Source: Amoebophrya sp. A120
Lineage: Eukaryota; Protista; Dinoflagellata
Direction: 5' to 3'
Length of the DNA: 64,000 nt
Assembly: GCA_905178155.1 (NCBI GenBank)
Contig: CAJINV010000012.1
Span: 615,271-679,270 of the forward strand
Made by a program: the position numbers and the translations under genes. Positions within the stretch are counted from its first letter, which is position 1. Every line of letters starts with the position of its first letter. The notes under the pieces were generated by a model that did no database searches, was not told the DNA's origin, and worked only from the letters and a program-made list of their open reading frames with translations. Shown piece by piece: positions 38,401 to 51,970 of this stretch.

Positions 38401-41400
38401 GGGAGCACAAGGCCAACGCCGCGAACCCCAACAGAGAACTTCCAGAACCTATTAGTATTCTCCGACCACGCGTCCATGGAAGCCGGGTGCTCCGACTCCA
38501 CCAGTTTCGAGAGGAGGCATGGAGGATACTTTCTTATGTCGAATAGCGAACAAGAGTATTCCTCGATAATATCACACAGAAAAGCACAGCACCAGTAACA
38601 GCACCTATACAATATTCGAAGTAAAAATGATAATTCGCCATTATCATTCTTGTATACCAGTTTCTTTCAAGGCCTCGTATTAGAAATTCTTTCCCCGCTT
38701 CTCTGATTCCACCTGGTCCGCATCGTAGTCTCAGGCACAGGCTGCATCTTGCATAAACGAAAAAGTGCCTGTCCTGCTGAAGCTAACTCAGCATCATCAA
38801 CACAGCGAACTACTTAGTGATGCCAGCACATCATGCACAACTGCAGGCCGAATAATCTCGAACCAATCAAGGTCGTGCTGTGAGTGTACATGTTGTCATC
38901 TCTGTGATATTCCGGCTCCAACCCCCCCGGTTTGGAGGAGGACATGGACGACGTGCTTCTTCTCGACATGAACTTCTTGTGGTCATCCAGCCACTGTGAC
39001 GGAAATGCCTGGTCTAGCTTCATCCCGAACGTTTGTCGGGGGAAACGTGCTGCCTTACCTGAATTCTGCAAAGCGTCGTCGCTGAGAAGCCCCTGCTTGA
39101 CCAGTTCATACGCAGGGACGTATCGGCCCCAGATGGCTGCGAACTCTCTTGCCAGGTTCGCGACGGCGTCTCTCAAATTTCGCAGCTTCTCCTGCGGCTG
39201 AAGAACACGAGAGTTGGCGCGAGCGATTAGCGAGGACATCGCGTAGTTACCTGCCCCCAGTGCTGGCTCCGCCCTGCTCCCTGGCGTGTGCAGTATGTTT
39301 GCGCCGCCTAATACCGGGCTTGATTCCACTTCGCCTTGATCCAATTCGAACCTGAAGCGCCGCTGCCATCTAGTGTTTTTATTCCCTGTGCCTTTCTCGA
39401 CAGCTTTCAGACCCCCGCTGCTTTCGTCATACTCCAAAACGCAACGGCGCTCCACCACTCTTCCGGCAGAAGACGCGGAGGTACCCTTGGTCATTCTTCC
39501 GTCACTCTGCGCAACCTCCAGGAAAAACTCATCCGAATCCGTGATTGTCGGGCGGCTTGAATCACGTACGATGCGACCAGGCTCCAAATCCCCGCTGCCG
39601 CTCCTGGTCCGCACGATGCGAAAAAACATCCTCGCGTCACGCCCCTTCTCCGCTTCAACATCGCTCTCGGTGGGACTGTATTCTTCCTGCAGTGCCTTTG
39701 CTCCGCTTGCAAGGAAAGCGTCCCAAAAGACCTTGAGGTGTCCGCGCGCACTTGGAGGAGGCACAACAGCCAGGGCACTAGACGCTGGCGCACTCCTATT
39801 GGCCCCGCTGGGGGAAGAGGCCTGCTCGCCCTGCTGCCGGGATGTGGATGCCTGCTGATGGGTGCTTTGTTCCATATTCAATTGCAGAACAAATCCACCG
39901 GCCGGAGAATCGTCTTCCCCGTCCGCGTTCTCGGGCGGCGAGATCACCAGCACATCCTGGTCGCTTATGTCTTCGCGCAGGGCGTCACTTTCGTCCTCCC
40001 CTTCGTCTCTGCCCCGCCCAGCTGCTGCGGAATCCTGGTACGGTTTGCGCGAAATCGTCCACCAAACAGGGTCAGTTGTGGACTCATGTGCTTCATCCAC
40101 ATATTCCGCAAATTGGGCCTCCCCATTCTCTAGTGCGTGCAGGCAGTGCTTAATCGGCTTAGAAGACCGGCCAAAAGTGTCTGGTGCACTGCCAGTGGAG
40201 ATCCCAGCAGCGCCTGGCGTCGACTCCGGAACGGCTAAGCAGATTTTGGCCTTGCCATGGTTCGGTAAGGTGAGACCGATTTGCGATTGAATTACGCCGT
40301 GGGGATATCCAGGAAAAAAACTGCGTAAGTGTAACTTTGTAGGACAAACAGCATCACGATCACAGTTTGGCTTTGCATTACAGGGAAAATCTGTGATGCG
40401 CCGATAGCACGTGAAAACACGCATGAAAATAGCCTATGACGCACATCCAGCATGACAAGCGTATACACTTTTGCATTTCCTGCATCACAGACTTACACTT
40501 ACACAGTTTTTTTCTTGCATAGGGGAGCACGTACGAATAGGTAATCGGTCGTGTACACATGTCGGAAAACCTCGATGAGGTGGATGACAAGGAAGTCCCC
40601 TCCTGGGGTGGCCAGCTGCGCTGCCAAGCTCTTTCCGACCTCATCGTCGGAGGTATCCAGTGCAAAAGCAGAAACTGGCATACTTCACACCGGTCGCATA
40701 TCACCACAGAACAGCGCTCTGCGAGGAGAAGTGTAGAAGTTCCCTTCTCTTTTACAGAAAACACTCACTATCATCTGTCTGCAGTGGCAAAAACATGTCA
40801 GCCAGTAAAACAAAGCAAAGCAATGCATTCTACTTCTCAGCCCGCAAATCATATACGCGATGCCAAATCAATACAAGGCCAAGTCGCTTATATATTCGCA
40901 AAAATTTATACAAATAAATCCCCGACGAGGGAAGTTTCGCTTTAAGCAGGTATCAAGCAAAGGAATGCACATAATGAAAGGGGTGCGCTGGCGATTGCGA
41001 CACATAGACTCGCCAGGTTTGCTTTTGCGCTCCATAGTACCTTCCGAGGCTTTTGCTGTCCTGGGCCAAGTCACGTTGCAAAGCTTTCTTGTATGGAAGC
41101 AAAACCCTGAAGCAAGTCCTGCGCGTGTTCGTCTTCGTTCGTGCATCATACAACATACTATAGAAAATATATCTTTCTTCTGAATGAGATCATGCCCACT
41201 CTTTTTCAATTCTCTCTTGCTTTGCACTTGCGGCTTACAACACACACATGTCACGCAGCTCTACATGGGTCTCGACCTCGAGGGAAAAAAATTGCGCTAC
41301 CTTTATAGCTGAACAAGCTGAGTCACGCTACGTCCATGTTCACAAATTTGTCTTGGTTTCGATAGGTTTTGCATCTGGGTAGCCTCAGGACAAACTCCGG

Positions 41401-44400
41401 CAGGTCGACGTACCTTGCGGCCCGCAGCAAGGCCAAGTCGCTTGCGTTTGAGGTTGTGGCTTTACGGGATCGTGACAGTCCGGAGTTTGAAGCCCTTTGC
41501 GAGTCGTCGGTGCCCTCATGATTTTCAAGATAATGTCGGGAATAACCACCCCCGCCCTCAAGAGTGATCGGGGCCAAAATATTCCCACCTCCCCCTCCTC
41601 CGGCTGCGGGCGCTGGCTTTGAGCCAGGCGGGTTATGAACGCCCGCCACGGCCTTGGCGCCAATACTAACCGCGGTCGCGCTGTGACTCGCTCTCGTGAT
41701 TCCGACATGAACAGCCTCCCTGGCGGATACCTGAAACTCCTCGGTCTCCTCCTCGCTTTGATCAAATTTACCCAGCTCCTGGTAGGTGGCGTAGTGCGTC
41801 CCGTAGACTTCGAATAACTTGTTGACGCTTTTTCTGATGGCTGGCGCGAGCTTGGTGCACAACTGGATATCATGATCTACGTGTGCTGCTGCTGGATCCA
41901 CTGCGCCCTCACTTCTTCCACTTGCGCTGTGCGCGGCGGTCTTTGCGCTGCTTGCTCTACTGCTATGGCTAGCGCACAGTACTCCGAGGTACCGCATCAG
42001 GCTCGAGTATTTCAGAGAGGGTTCTGTTTTCGTTCTATCTGTTGCCCCCCTCTCTAGCTTCAGCAGCAGCCGCTCCTTCGCGCTTGTGCTCTCCTTGTTC
42101 GCACCAGTGGCAGCCATGTGCTTTTGCTCGACCTTCTTTAGGGCCTCCTGCACGAGGTTGGAGACGCTTTGCAACATCTGCTGTAGACCTTCACTTAGGC
42201 GAATGCGCTTGCGAGCTTCGGCACTTAACGTATCAAACTCGAAGTCATACTCGGGCCTGTGCCCGTTTTCTCTTTGGCGGTCACTATAGCGGTTGCGTCC
42301 GAACTCGTCCCAGCTGTCTCGGATTGTTTCGTCTTTGGAGCCATGGTGTGCAGTGCAAATATGTCTGGTTCTGCATGCGGTGTTGAATGCTAGATGATGT
42401 ACTTAACTGTCAGTCAGACGAGAAAAACTTGCAGTGCCTGGTGAGCAGGAAGAGTCACGCACCCCTTTCCACGCTGCAACGAGGGGATTTCTCAGGCAAA
42501 TTAGGCATGGAAGAGCGCCCTCAGATCCCGTGAAGGTGCTACACCTCGTCCATCACGGACGTCCGCATGCATTTTTGCAGTCCCAGACATATTTGCAGTT
42601 GATATGCGGTGGTACCTGCCTGCAGCCCGGGCTTCCACAGCACCCTGAAAGCCCAGGGCTGTGATGCCGCCATGGCCAGAAGTTTCGAGCTCGGAAATGC
42701 GCGCGTCATAGTATTGAGATCCCGTGCTGAGGGCAGAACTCGTTGCGCCCCGGGTCCTGCTTGTGCGCGTAGTTCTCACACCGTTGCTCGGTCTAACGAA
42801 TCGAGCTCCATGCCTTCGGTTGTTCTCGCGGGTTATCAGCATGAGAAGTGGCCCGAAGAGTTTGATGCGTTGCAAACTTACCATCAAATCATACATTATC
42901 ATGGAAGCTTTATGTATTACGGGGATCCCTATGCGCCTCAACAACCCATGGTCAATCACTTAGGCTTCGCGGCCGAGTCCTTGGGGCATGATAGATTTCG
43001 GAATGGTGATTAGCGCTAACTACGAAGGAAAGCGAGTGTCACTTTGTTTCAAAGTCCCAGCTAGTTTTGTAGCTTCAACGCGACTGCGACAAACGCAACT
43101 GATCTTAGCCCTTCGGCGTCGCAGCTTGTTACTTTCATATAGCGCAACTTTGCATCTTCTCTGGGGTAGGGGCACTTTTCAATATGATACGGGCTTGCTG
43201 CGCTTTCGAACAAGCTGCGTCGAGCTCGTCGTGTTTCCTTTTCGCAGCTTTCTTTCGCTCCATCAAAGTATGCGTGGCAAAAGTTGCATCGCACCGGCAA
43301 AAAATGCATAATGACAGTTTGTTTAATATTTGCCCGGGAAAACACAGGAGAAGTTTGCCACACATTTATTGCAAGTGCTGCGAGATCTGGCACTACTTAC
43401 GATGCAATATAATCGCAAGTACTGCGAGTACGGTGCAGCTGTTGCCATGCATACAAAGCCGTCCTCTCCTGGCGAAGCCTCTGTGCCTCCTGCCCGTCAG
43501 TTTCTGCCTTTGCCTTCGCCTGCAGCTCAGTGTAGTCCTTTAGGCGTTGTTCCGCGATGGCCTCGGCATCTTCGAGATCCTTATACTCGCCTTCCGCCGC
43601 GACTTTTTCTGCTGCGAGAGGGAGTTGCTGTTCGTCATCGGCATCAAAAAAACCAAAGATGGGAAGTCCGCGCATTTCCGGCTTCACGCTGTTTATGACA
43701 GTTCTCACGCGCTGATCGACCGTTTTTCCCCACACCTTGACACCACGAAAAACCCCGGCTCGATCTAGCGTCGCGAATGCGTCTTCGGGAGAGCCTTCCA
43801 TTAGTGTTCTGGTACTACCGATGCCGCAAGCAGGACGATCAGACTTACCACTTGGTGGTTGTGGTTTTGCCGCAGCTCCAGCAGGAGCAGCACCCTGAGC
43901 GGTAGATCCAAACTGCGCCGCATATTTGGCATTGGCCGACTGCAAGAGCCCGCCTGATTTTTCTGCGGATAAGAGATTTTCGCTCGCTATATTCTTCTTG
44001 TCCGTTTCCGCTCTAGAAGGGATATGCTAGTGGACCACTCCTCCTCCCCTCATTTGTCATGCACAATACCAAATTCACATTCAGTGTCAAGAGTTTGGTC
44101 CTTGTGGACGTGGTTGCATCAGAAGTTTTGCGAGTTCAAACTGTCGCTGTCCTACGCGTGCGCGTCGGGCGTTTTCATGCAAAGAGAAACTGCATAATTT
44201 GTATAGCAGGTCGCTTACGTCAACTATTGGTGTTGCTAGAAACTACACCTTCCAAATCAATGGGAGGTGGGAGAGTTGTCCACTATGATAGGGTAAGGAG
44301 GTGGCTCCGCCTTTGGTCTTTGCTTCGGGCTTGGGAATCGTCACCAGTTTAGCGGGAAGTCGGGTTCTGTTGTCCACCTCCGCTGCAGCCTTTGCGCTGC

Positions 44401-44743
44401 TGGACGAAGCATCCTCAGCGTCTGCCCCAGCCGCGACGTCGATGCCGGCTTGCAATTTGTATCCCAAGGCGAAACAGATTTTTGAACGCCCGACTCCGTT
44501 GTCGAAGTGCAGGGACATGCGCAGAAGCATGCTGCTCGCTGCCGCGAGGGCAGATTTCCGCATCCAACCGCGATTGTGGACGATCATTTTGAAGAAGATC
44601 TTAATAAGCTTTTCACGAAAAAAAAATATAATTTCTACTCCCCTTACCACGACAAGGTGAGCGCATACAGAAGTTTTACTTTTGAGTCCAGAAACGGCGA
44701 CTTCTACACGCGAAGGACAAGGAACTACCCTCACCAGATCCAA
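35497..44743 (-). CDS. large hypothetical protein(s) ending in an Arg/Ser-rich tail; exon structure only partly resolved
   Basis: Chain of long minus-strand ORFs (44243-44743, 43397-43945, 42501-42959, 41323-42177, 38814-40424, 38217-38612, 36204-38129, 35497-36003). Removal of elements 36032-36301 and 40306-40521 joins neighbouring ORFs in frame. Could be more than one gene. Confidence 0.5.
36032..36301. mobile_element. eroded introner, family A-like
   Basis: ATATGTCTGGGTC/GACCCAGACATAT TIR core; TSD tgaag/tgaag; removal gives FEDFTSPLADAIMEY in frame. Confidence 0.85.
40306..40521. mobile_element. introner family I (TATxCAxGAAAAAAACTGxGTAAGTGTAA)
   Basis: TIRs; TSD gggga/gggga; removal gives LFVRAPHGVIQ in frame. 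Confidence 0.88.
42347..42604. mobile_element. eroded introner, family A-like
   Basis: TGCAAATATGTCTGG/CCAGACATATTTGCA TIR; TSD barely recognisable. Confidence 0.7.
44023..44290. mobile_element. eroded introner, family D-like
   Basis: TATGCTAGTGGAC..CTCCTCCTCCC / GGGAGAGTTGTCCACTATGATA; TSD aggga/gggta. Confidence 0.7.
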
Positions 44744-45322
44744 AAGGACACGTGATCACGACTAGCCTATAGTGCTTGTACACGAAAAATGAAACGGGCG
44801 AAATCAATTGCGGTGCTCTTGTTGTTGCAGAAGATGTTGATGTGCTGAGAGTACTTAATCTTGTTCAAGTGCTTTATCTTATTTTTTCTTACAATTTTTT
44901 ATCAGAAATAAATCAATGCCAAGAGATGAGAAAAAATTTTCTTCTTTCGAAGTCTCGAGCCTTTCAACAGATGAAAAAGCTCGGAAGTTGTTGTGCGAGA
45001 TATAGCTGTAAAGAGATTTTTTGCGTCATAAACAAGAATGATTCAGGTTTCAAGAGAGACCTTTGATAGTCTGATGTTTCAGATCTTTCTACCTTTTCAA
45101 CGCAAGCAGGAGGTGGTCTACTACTTATTTCAGTTGATACGAGAGGACGGCTTGCAGTAGAGGATTGATTTAGCTTTTACACGACGAAGAATTTTCCTTG
45201 TACTAGCTTTTTGAGAAGCTGCAAGAAAAGCCTGCGAGGAGTGAGGTCAGTTTGTATAGATACTGATTAAAAGCCTGTCGTGGGGATTATGAAAATTCAG
45301 AAAGTGTTGTAGTGACGACGTG

Positions 45323-46040
45323 CTAGGACTGGCTGCAACCACGGGGCGTGCAAGCGAAACGAGAGCTATGAAGCAGCTCAGCTTCGTACTTAATTTTCAG
45401 CACAGTGATCGAGAGCATGATGATCTTCACCGCAAATATAATTGAACTCCAGATGAACACCATCCAGAAACTAAGCCATTCGGGTGGATGAACACCATCA
45501 AATGTTGGGATCCGGGCTGGTAGATCGGAGAGAATAACTGCTGGATCACCATGCTGATGCGTCATCTTGCGGCTTTCTTGATCAAATTCATTTTGCAGAA
45601 CCCGGATCCACCTGGAGGAACTCCTGAACCCCACGAGATCGTCGTACTATACAGGAGACCTCCACGCCCCACGCGTTCTTGTTGGCAGAGTGTAAAAGCT
45701 TGGAACTGCATGGCTTCGTGATCATGATGAAGGTCTTTGGGCTCAAGATCGCAAAGATCTGAAAACGCGTTTGCTGGATCTGCATCTGCATTCTTGATCT
45801 TGTGTCGATCCTCTTGTGCTTCTGCTGGTGTCAGTGTCTCCTGGATCTGCATTGATCACATCTGCTGACGATCTTGATTCTCTTCGCATGCTTCGTTGTT
45901 GGTTGTTAGCAAGATGACGATAATTTCTTTGGATCGGTCGAGGAATATACGCCAGTCTTGCCCGCGAGAGGACATTAGGAGCAGCTCTGCTGGTCGGTGC
46001 TCAGCACCAGCAGCGGCTATTTCTTTGTATCGCTTTTTAA
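45323..46040 (-). pseudogene. fragmented ORF, possibly a retroelement gag-like remnant
   Basis: Overlapping ORFs in different frames (45562-45852, 45323-45634). IPTFDGVHPPEWLSFW loosely resembles the BEL/Pao gag LPxFxG..W..FW motif. Confidence 0.2.
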
Positions 46041-47183
46041 AAATGTCTGTGCTTGCTACTCAAATTCACTTACTTACTTTATTCATAATCTTACACGAGT
46101 GAAGGCCAATGCCAATCTGAACAACATCCTTCACCTAGCAAGCGGATGAAAGCATAAGGCACACATTTGCAGCATTGTTTTTCCATTCAATCATACACGG
46201 AACAAGATCCTCTCCAGCTTATGCAAATACGTGGTAGAGCCTATCCGTATTTGCTCTCCGCAAGTTAACAAAGTTTGAAAACTCAACATGCAGAGCACTT
46301 TTATGTAAAAAAACATCTCTTGACATCTCGTACTCGTCCTAAGTAGAAATTAAAAAAAGTTAACTTTTCTTTCTTTTTTAAAGTTTTCTTTGTAGTAGTG
46401 GCTGTGGCGCGCAACAGAAATGCGGCCTGAGAGTTACTTTGAGCGAGCTTGAGGTACTAAAAGCCACTGCTCGGTTGCATAGAAATCAAAGTCGTGAACA
46501 TGTTGATCACTGGCCAGCTGCTGTTTTCTTCTTTGTCTCCTCCCATCGAAATGGCAGCGATTTGTTAAATTAATTATGGTGGATTTGTTTGATTCGTGCT
46601 ACATCGCCGAGCAAAAAAAAATAAACGTAAAATATTGATTTGCCCGAAGTAATTCATGTCGTACTAATATGTGCGACACCGGTTCATCTCTTTTCCGTAG
46701 ATCCGCTTGCTCATAACTAGGTGCGAAACTTGTAGAAGTGCAACGCACTTTTCGTCTGTACTTGAACTAGTCACGACTGATTTAAGATGCAACTTAGAAG
46801 CACGAGTCGTGGTCAAGACCACCACCGCCTTCAGTTAATACCAGTCGTCAAGACCAACTCGACACTCACCCAGGGATGTGCTATGTCAGTCCTTGTGTTC
46901 AGGTGTGGGTTCAAACTCGCCTCGCAAGACAACCTCGCAGACGTCCCGCTACCCGAAAACGACTGCTCTCCTACGGAAACAATTTGGCCGGTATCCCAGA
47001 GAAAAACAAAGCTAGCAGGGCATTTTTGTACTATTAGTACAAACGTAAATTTATCCATACGTGAAAGCTTTTCTGGTCTCTCTCGCACAGAAACCTCCGC
47101 GCAATTATGCTATGGGCCCTCTGGTGCCCATTGATGTGTTTCGTTTGCCTATTCAATTTATTTTGCATTGCAAATACGCCCCG

Positions 47184-50100
47184 CTAGTAGCTTTTTTCTG
47201 TGTGATAGCCGTTGGAGAGTGGTTGCCGCGACCGGGGCCCGTGATCCCGGTACATCGGCAAGACAGGCACCGCAGCGCCCTCATCACGAAACGCTTGATA
47301 AAAATCCTCAGGCACGTCCACCGTAGCTCTGAGTCGCATGGATTTATTCGAAGCAGTAGGTCGTGCACCGGAAGTTGTGGTCGTCTCAGAGTCTAGTACT
47401 TGCTGCCCGTGTCTTCGAAGCTCTGTCTCGGAAGGAGTAGAGAGAACCACGCTCCCAACCATGTACTTGTCGTCCTCGAAATCCAGCTGCTCATACAGAA
47501 AATCGCGTTTTGTCGAGTGCTGCTCCACCTGCTGTGTCGTGGTCGGAACATGATTAATATCATCCGCAGCAGGGCCGACGGCGGAAGGATACCTGATTTC
47601 GCTAATCGTGTGTGGGTTGGCGAAAGACTTACGAAAAACGTAGTTTTCGAATATGCATTGCAAATGTGTCTGGGTCTGGAAACTTGTAAATGCTGAGTCG
47701 TGAATGGTGAGTGCTCTTGATTGTTGTCATGCACAGCCCCCAACCATGAGAAATACTCGGCAGAGCAGCCGTGTTGCGCTTTCCGCATGACAAACTGCGT
47801 CTTATTTTTATGACAAGCAAATGGGTCTCTGTCGCTCTCCCTTCTTCTTGGAAACGCATCAACACAAGCTCTTCAGTCATGCCAGGCAAGCACGACAGCC
47901 TTGCATTGTTCCAGACCCAATAAACATATTTGCATTTGATATCGAACACGTTGAAACAAGCTCGCAGAGTCGGGTTCAAGTGGTCTCCAATCACTGCCGT
48001 AAACTGCTGGGCTAGCGTGAGTTGCGGCTTCGAGAGAACGTTCACAAGCTGATCGTCCGGAGCCCACGCGCCCTCGGCATAGCAGCCAAACCTGGCCTCG
48101 GGACCGGTCTCGCATGCTGTGTAAAAACGTCCCCACCCCAAAGTCAAGTTGGAATAAAGTATCCAACAACACAAATTTGACAGTTTTGGGAGTCATGCAT
48201 AACAAGTTTCTACCCGACGTATTAGAGTTCAGATTAATAAGGACAGCCGCATCTTCAGCACGAAGCCAGCAGCTCATCCTGTTCAATACAGCGTCACAAA
48301 TGCTGTTGAGAAATGTCTAAAAATACCTCTCATAAGGATGCGCAAGAGCTTCCTGTAGATGCAAACCTGCATGACTACAACTTTGGGGTGTAGTGGACGT
48401 TTTTCCGCACGATACCTCGAGCCATCTGTAAGGAGTGCTGCGGCTCCGGCGGTACAAGGAGTGCTGCGGCCGAGCGGGTAACATGTTCGACCCGACACTT
48501 CGCGCCACTTTTCCGCGGCAAAATCAACCCACGTATCAACTGTAAAAATGTCTGGGTCTGGAAGATTCCGACAGGCGTCATGCACGTTTTGCATGAGCCC
48601 TGATGTCTGTGATGCATGCCCTAGCATCACAGTTTTTTCGAGAGCTTCTTGATGCCTCTTCCGCATGACAAATGCCCTCTCCGCGTAGCAAAAATTGCAT
48701 TCCTCTTGGTACTCATGCAATACAGATTTTTCTGGAATCCAAATGCAGCATCACAAGTTGCATTCTTCCAGACCCAGACACTTTTACATTTGATACCACG
48801 AGGAGGACTGCAACTGTTCCTCCGCCACTGTGCGTCTATCGCGGCGATCATCCGCGTATGGATCTGTCAGGATTGAAATCGTCAAAGTTGAAATGATTTG
48901 TCATGCATAAAATGCAAGGCATGAAGTGCCTGTCTTGCCGGGATGGCAAGCGAGGCAGATTGTGAGCCTATTTAGGGTTGGGGATAGAGCTGCTAAACAA
49001 GCATGACAGAAGCAGTCTTCTGTCCCCAAACAGCATGACAAACTGGATCCCGGTGCTCGGAAAATTTGTCATGCGCCGCTTGGAAATTGGTCTTCCGACT
49101 GGTATCCATTTTATGCATGGCAAATCATTTCAACTTTGTCGATTTCAAACCTGACGCTTCCATACCGCGGTTCTTGTCTGTACTACTAGCATACTGCGCA
49201 CAATATCACCGAAGGGCGCGGGGGCGAGTTGTGCACGCAACCGTAGGGGTTCCACCTCGGCCGCTTGCAGCTTCCGCAACACCGGGAGGAACAGCTGTCC
49301 CAGCGGCTTGCGCGACTTTTTCGGCAGTGTGGCCGGTAAGAATGCGCCGAGGCCGGATAGAATCGCGGCATGCTCGTCGCGAAAGAACTGGCAGTACTTT
49401 GTTGTCTGCGTCTGCTTGCCATCTACTTCAGTAGCCGTGCCTGCTTCAAGTCTGCTCTCCAAAAGAGGCACAGCAACTGGTTGCCCTACCAGTGGCAGCT
49501 CTGGCTCGTCCGCAGCGCCGTGCGGCCCAGCGGATCTCTCCACCCCAGCTGTAGTACTAGTACGGCGGCGCTTGTTGCAGGGGTGCTCCACCGGGGCCGT
49601 GCTGGCACGAGGCCCGCGCGCGCGCCGCGGGTTCGCCTGTAGAAACAGTTCCTGCTCGACCGGATATAAAATTTTCACGCACGAGAGCAGCCCGCGTTGG
49701 TTGTTCGTGTCCTGTTCGGTGGTGCCTCTGTATAAAAATGTCGGGCCCGCCCCTGCAGTTCTTGTTTTTACACGTTGCTGCTCCGTTTGTTCCAACTCAG
49801 CACGTTGCTCATACCTTGCGGCCAGCGCTTTGTTCACGTATGTGTGCAACATCTCAACGGTCCAATTTTCCCAATCGTCCTGTCCCGCCGCCGCCACGGG
49901 GGTGGCCTCGGAAGTAATATTAACTGCAGGACGAGATGATGAAACGACCTCAGCTAACAATTGTCCAGTTTTGTCGTCCAAAATCTGCAAGGCACGACGG
50001 GAAAAATAAAGGTGGTCTTCCTGTCCTGGTTGATCCTGTAGTGCAGAACCTCCGATGTTGGGAGGCGGTCGCGGGATGAATTGCGTCGAAGAAGAAGAAG

Positions 50101-50320
50101 AAGAAGAAGAAGCGGCTGCTGAAGTACTAGACCCGGTCGTGGCGGGTGCTGAATAATGTTGCGTAGCAAGGACACCGGCTGCAAAGGTCGGCAATGGCAA
50201 GAAGGTATTCGTCATGACGAAAACCATGCCAATCGTCGTCGCCATCAGCCCCGCGGCGGGATGAAAACCTCGTTTCGACAACATTTTGTTTTTTCTTTCA
50301 ACGTCTACTGCTTTCGCCAT
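47184..50320 (-). CDS. hypothetical protein with N-terminal hydrophobic signal/anchor; 4 introners
   Basis: ORF 49145-50320 has a hydrophobic N-terminus. Three junctions join in frame; the one at 48113 is off by 1 nt. ORF 46831-47088 may be an extra exon. Confidence 0.55.
47652..47941. mobile_element. introner family A
   Basis: TIRs (right one with a small insertion); TSD tcgaa/tcgaa. Confidence 0.9.
48113..48414. mobile_element. introner family F-like (left end CATG)
   Basis: AAAAACGTCC..ACCCCAAAGT TIR; TSD tctcg/cctcg. Confidence 0.82.
48534..48795. mobile_element. introner family A, interior A2
   Basis: TIRs; TSD ccacg/ccacg. Confidence 0.93.
48857..49164. mobile_element. introner family J (TATGG....GTCAGGxTxGAAATCGxCAAAGTTGAAAT)
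   Basis: TIRs; TSD ccgcg/ccgcg. Confidence 0.93.
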
Positions 50321-51970
50321 CTTATCATGTTTTTTGCTAACGTATCAATCTCTGATGTGTCTGAATGAAATAAGTGATCTAGTACTGTGAGCGTTATGCT
50401 GATTAGATAAAAATTCGAAAAAAAAATGAATTGCTTAACATGCCGAAGTGGAAGTTGACGAGAAATCAAATGCTATGTGGACGACCTAGAAAAATTGGTT
50501 TATTTTCCAGGCTGGTGGCAATTGAATGACAAGAAGTACTGAATTAGGCGTCGAATGACACGAAGTACTGACTTTATTCGCCATGATCAAGATCGCCACG
50601 GTATGTAGACAATAGGCAGGTAAGGTGTCGAATAAATCATAAACATGGAGCCGGGATGAAATCCTGATCCTCCACCTTGATGAGCCAATAAGGTGGCGGC
50701 CTCTAATCTAGGACCTTTCGTTCTCATGGTCTAGTACTTGAGTTACTTTTTTTTTATGCGCTACAAATATAAATTTAAATAAGACCTTTCGATTGTCCTC
50801 GTCCTTTTAGATGATTCTTTCTCTTCTCTTTGTACACCAGAATTATGTCGGGTTCATTCGCTTATATCATGTGTGAGGATCCTTCCGTTCTTTTCCAAAT
50901 CCATCCACTTCCTGTCATGCGAATCTTCGATCTTCGATCTCGATCATGTGACGAGGAGTGTGACTCAGTGACTACTTCGGCCGAAAACTAGAAGCTCGCA
51001 TCGAGTGTCAATTGTGCTGGCGCTTTGGAGTAGAGGCTGAGGCACTAGAGCGAGAAGCTGCATAAAAAAGAACTGTGTCACGACGACCCTCACGACGGGC
51101 TCTTCCTGCTGGTGCTGCCCTTCGCGAGGTCGCTGACGCGTCAGTAGATCATTTTTCTTTACCATTGTGATCAAATGAAGGACGCTTTTATCTGCATCAA
51201 TACAGGTGCTGCATTAATATCCATCGTGGTAAACTACTTAATTGCGCAGTAAGAGGGCATGCTTGGCGAGCGAGTACACACTTAGACGCAGAATGAACCT
51301 CGCAGCATTGATGATGTTGGTTCAACATTCAATCTCCTGGTACTAGCGTCCTCATGATATTATTGTCCGTGTAGAAGTCCCACGCAACCGCGAGAACTTC
51401 TGATTTGCGTTTCTTCTGACATAATGGTGACACAACTTTTTCCCCTCGAAAACCCGGGTGAAACAACCGCACGCTCCTCGTCCTCCTCCTCGTAGTTTAT
51501 TCAACCACCACAGCAGCAGCACTTACACCAAGCAACGCTAATGACCGCTCTCACCGCGGCGAAAAAACGCTGCGTTTTATTTCGGGTCTGGCACGCGGCC
51601 ATCCTTTACTTCCTCGTGGTCTACTTGCGTGGTAGGCTCTGCAGTCCCTGCCCTGCTTTTTTAGTACCCGACACCGTCGGCGCTGCACGGGTGGATTTCT
51701 GCACTTGCTTCCCAGCCCCCGCGGTGTTGCGAATGCAGCTTCGTGGTAGTGTCCGATCACCTGCAAGAAATGCCCGGTCCTCTTCATCCTGCCCCCGGCA
51801 TAGGTAAGTACTTACCTACCACGAGCCAACTTGGTGTCCATAGCCCGCTTGCCCTCAGTGGTACGTACCGACAGGGAGCGGCGTCAAGATTGACAATAGT
51901 CGAACTTTCTTGATGATGTCCCTTACCGCAGCGGGTGTCCGTTCTTCACCGCCTTGTCCGTTCTTCATGA

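Noticed and set aside
32300-46800. Autonomous transposase-encoding parent element
   Set aside because: I could not recognise a DDE, tyrosine recombinase, RT or HUH motif, nor long bounding TIRs. This is not excluded without a profile search.
49308-50009. Long plus-strand ORFs (also 16317-17012, 18382-18990, 24672-25274, 37737-38345)
   Set aside because: They are antisense shadows of low-complexity minus-strand exons with no recognisable domains.
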